Assembly (NCBI GenBank): GCA_902595885.1 | Contig: CACJRQ010000003.1 | Span: 12,679 to 76,678, forward strand | DNA: 64,000 nucleotides | Direction: 5' to 3' | Source: an uncultured Pelagibacteraceae bacterium | Lineage (GTDB): Bacteria > Pseudomonadota > Alphaproteobacteria > Pelagibacterales > Pelagibacteraceae | In this document: positions 62,697-64,000 of the stretch, in pieces | Numbering within the stretch: position 1 is the stretch's first letter | Layout of the letters: every line of letters starts with the position of its first letter | The notes under the pieces: generated by a model | The model's database searches: none | Seen by the model: only the letters and a program-made list of their open reading frames with translations | Told to the model about the DNA's origin: nothing | Made by a program: the position numbers and the translations under genes

Positions 62697-63832
62697 TTAA
62701 AAGTCGAAACTATTTTGGGAATATAATTTTTAAAATTAAAAAATCCTTTATTGCAGAATTGCCAAGCTAATTGATCAAGATTTCTATATAAAAAATCTAT
62801 CTTTAAATTATTAGAATTTAAAAAATCTAAATTTTCACCTACTGTTGGATACAAACAGTAATAATTTTCAATATTTGTTAATTCACTTATATCTATAATT
62901 TGACAATCAATAGATTGACTTTTTAATCTTTGTTCTTGGTCTTCTATTAAATGAGATTTAAATTTCACTAATTTTTCACTGAGTTTTATTGTTCTGTTTT
63001 CATTTTTATTAGAAACTAAGTAAATTTTCTTAAAGTTGTTTTCCTTAAAGTCAGTGATTTCAAACGAGAGATTATTTTCAAAAATTAAAAGATTCTTATT
63101 CTCAATCTTTTGTGGGTTATTGAAATCCTGTTTAATTATTTGATAAGATTTTTTAGATACTTTTGGAGGAGCATTTTCATTTAATTTTATATTTTGAAAT
63201 CTATTGTTAGTGAATTTTTTAATATTCCATTCACTTGCAAGGTAATGTTTTCCCTGAGTTTGAACACCCGCAACCCATCGCCACCCAAGAGTATTTGATG
63301 CAGCATCTCCATCATAAAGATGCTGCATAAAAAATTCTGCACCTAATTGCCAAGGCAATTCTAAAGTAAAAATCCAAATACTAGCAAACCACATTCTTGT
63401 GTGATTATGCAAATAATTGTTTTCTTTAAGCTCTTTCACCCACTCATTAAAGCAATCTACTTTTGTTTTTCCTTCGATTGCTGCAATATAATCTTTATTA
63501 TCTTTAAATTCATTTTTGATTTGATTTAATTCGATAAGATAATCAGCCCAAACATTTGGTCTAAGTTCTAACCAACCTTTCCAATAAGTTCGCCATAGAA
63601 CTTCTTGAATAAACTTTTCATTTTTTGAAAAAGAAAATTTACTTAGAGCTTTCTGAATGACTTCTTGTTCATAAATTATTCCATGAGTTATATATGGTGA
63701 TAAGCAAGATATATTAGATCTTTTTTGAGGTCCAAAATCAAAATTTCTTAATTTTGAATATTCTCCAAGATTATTCTCTACAAAATTATTTAATTGATTT
63801 AAGGCCTTAGCCCTTGAAGCTTCGAATATCAT
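62693..63832 (-). CDS. Short domain-inverted DNA photolyase (NewPHL-like)
   Basis: FAD-binding domain at the N-terminus (YSKLRN, SCLSPYITHG, KFIQEVLWR, YLHNHTRMWFAS, DGDAASNTLGWRWVAG), followed by a short C-terminal domain; 379 aa. Confidence 0.82.
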   Translation of the reverse strand: MIFEASRAKALNQLNNFVENNLGEYSKLRNFDFGPQKRSNISCLSPYITHGIIYEQEVIQKALSKFSFSKNEKFIQEVLWRTYWKGWLELRPNVWADYLIELNQIKNEFKDNKDYIAAIEGKTKVDCFNEWVKELKENNYLHNHTRMWFASIWIFTLELPWQLGAEFFMQHLYDGDAASNTLGWRWVAGVQTQGKHYLASEWNIKKFTNNRFQNIKLNENAPPKVSKKSYQIIKQDFNNPQKIENKNLLIFENNLSFEITDFKENNFKKIYLVSNKNENRTIKLSEKLVKFKSHLIEDQEQRLKSQSIDCQIIDISELTNIENYYCLYPTVGENLDFLNSNNLKIDFLYRNLDQLAWQFCNKGFFNFKNYIPKIVSTFN

Positions 63833-63838
63833 TTTAAA

Positions 63839-64000
63839 TTATTTTGATTTTTTTTTCTTAAGACCTAATTTGTCACTATGTCTTAATCTTAAAACAACAA
63901 TTGCTCCAGCTATTAACAAAATAGCTACTGCTTCATAAACAAGTGCAGTAGGATCCATTTCTTTGCCTTGTAGAATAATAAATCGTGCAAGAGCGGTAAT
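63839..64000 (-). CDS. 3' part of a PsiE-family membrane protein
   Basis: The reverse strand from the window edge reads ITALARFIILQGKEMDPTALVYEAVAILLIAGAIVVLRLRHSDKLGLKKKKSK*. ITALAR is characteristic of PsiE. Confidence 0.7.
   Translation of the reverse strand: MTALARFIILQGKEMDPTALVYEAVAILLIAGAIVVLRLRHSDKLGLKKKKSK

Noticed and set aside
1-64000. CRISPR arrays, rRNA, IS elements, riboswitches, or phase-variable homopolymer tracts
   Set aside because: No regularly spaced repeats, transposases or recognisable structured leaders were seen. A/T runs are ubiquitous in this composition and the flanking ORFs are intact.
19411-64000. Gene-strand bias as independent proof of the origin
   Set aside because: Orientation flips at 19.2 kb, but much of 30.5-49.5 kb is on the minus strand, so strand bias alone is weak evidence. 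GC skew was not computed.

Overview
Very AT-rich, extremely compact alphaproteobacterial chromosome segment. Gene content, gene order and minimal intergenic spacers point to SAR11 / Candidatus Pelagibacter (an inference). The window contains the likely replication origin: the hemE-ppsR spacer (19144-19410) carries DnaA boxes, and a perfect parS palindrome lies inside rsmG next to parAB-mnmG-mnmE-rho. Core genes include leuS, holA, hem, his, hslUV, ftsK, purH, folD and tRNA-Gly(GCC). Accessory or unusual elements: (1) a three-gene cassette with a fluoroacetate-dehalogenase-type hydrolase carrying the full Asp/Arg/Arg/His/Trp/Tyr/His signature, a TauD/TfdA dioxygenase and an AEC transporter; (2) a membrane-anchored AA5 copper-radical oxidase close to acs and an ActP-like symporter; (3) acetyl-CoA synthetase with a 48-aa Lys/Arg histone-like N-terminal tail; (4) a photorepair cluster with an apparently Fe-S-less prokaryotic (6-4) photolyase, an uncalled 42-aa four-Cys protein coupled to it, and a domain-inverted short photolyase; (5) three sulfotransferases between mnmE and rho; (6) a TPR protein with an unrecognised Cys/His domain after the tRNA. 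No CRISPR array, rRNA, integrase or transposase was seen. All calls are by-eye motif recognition; no searches were run.
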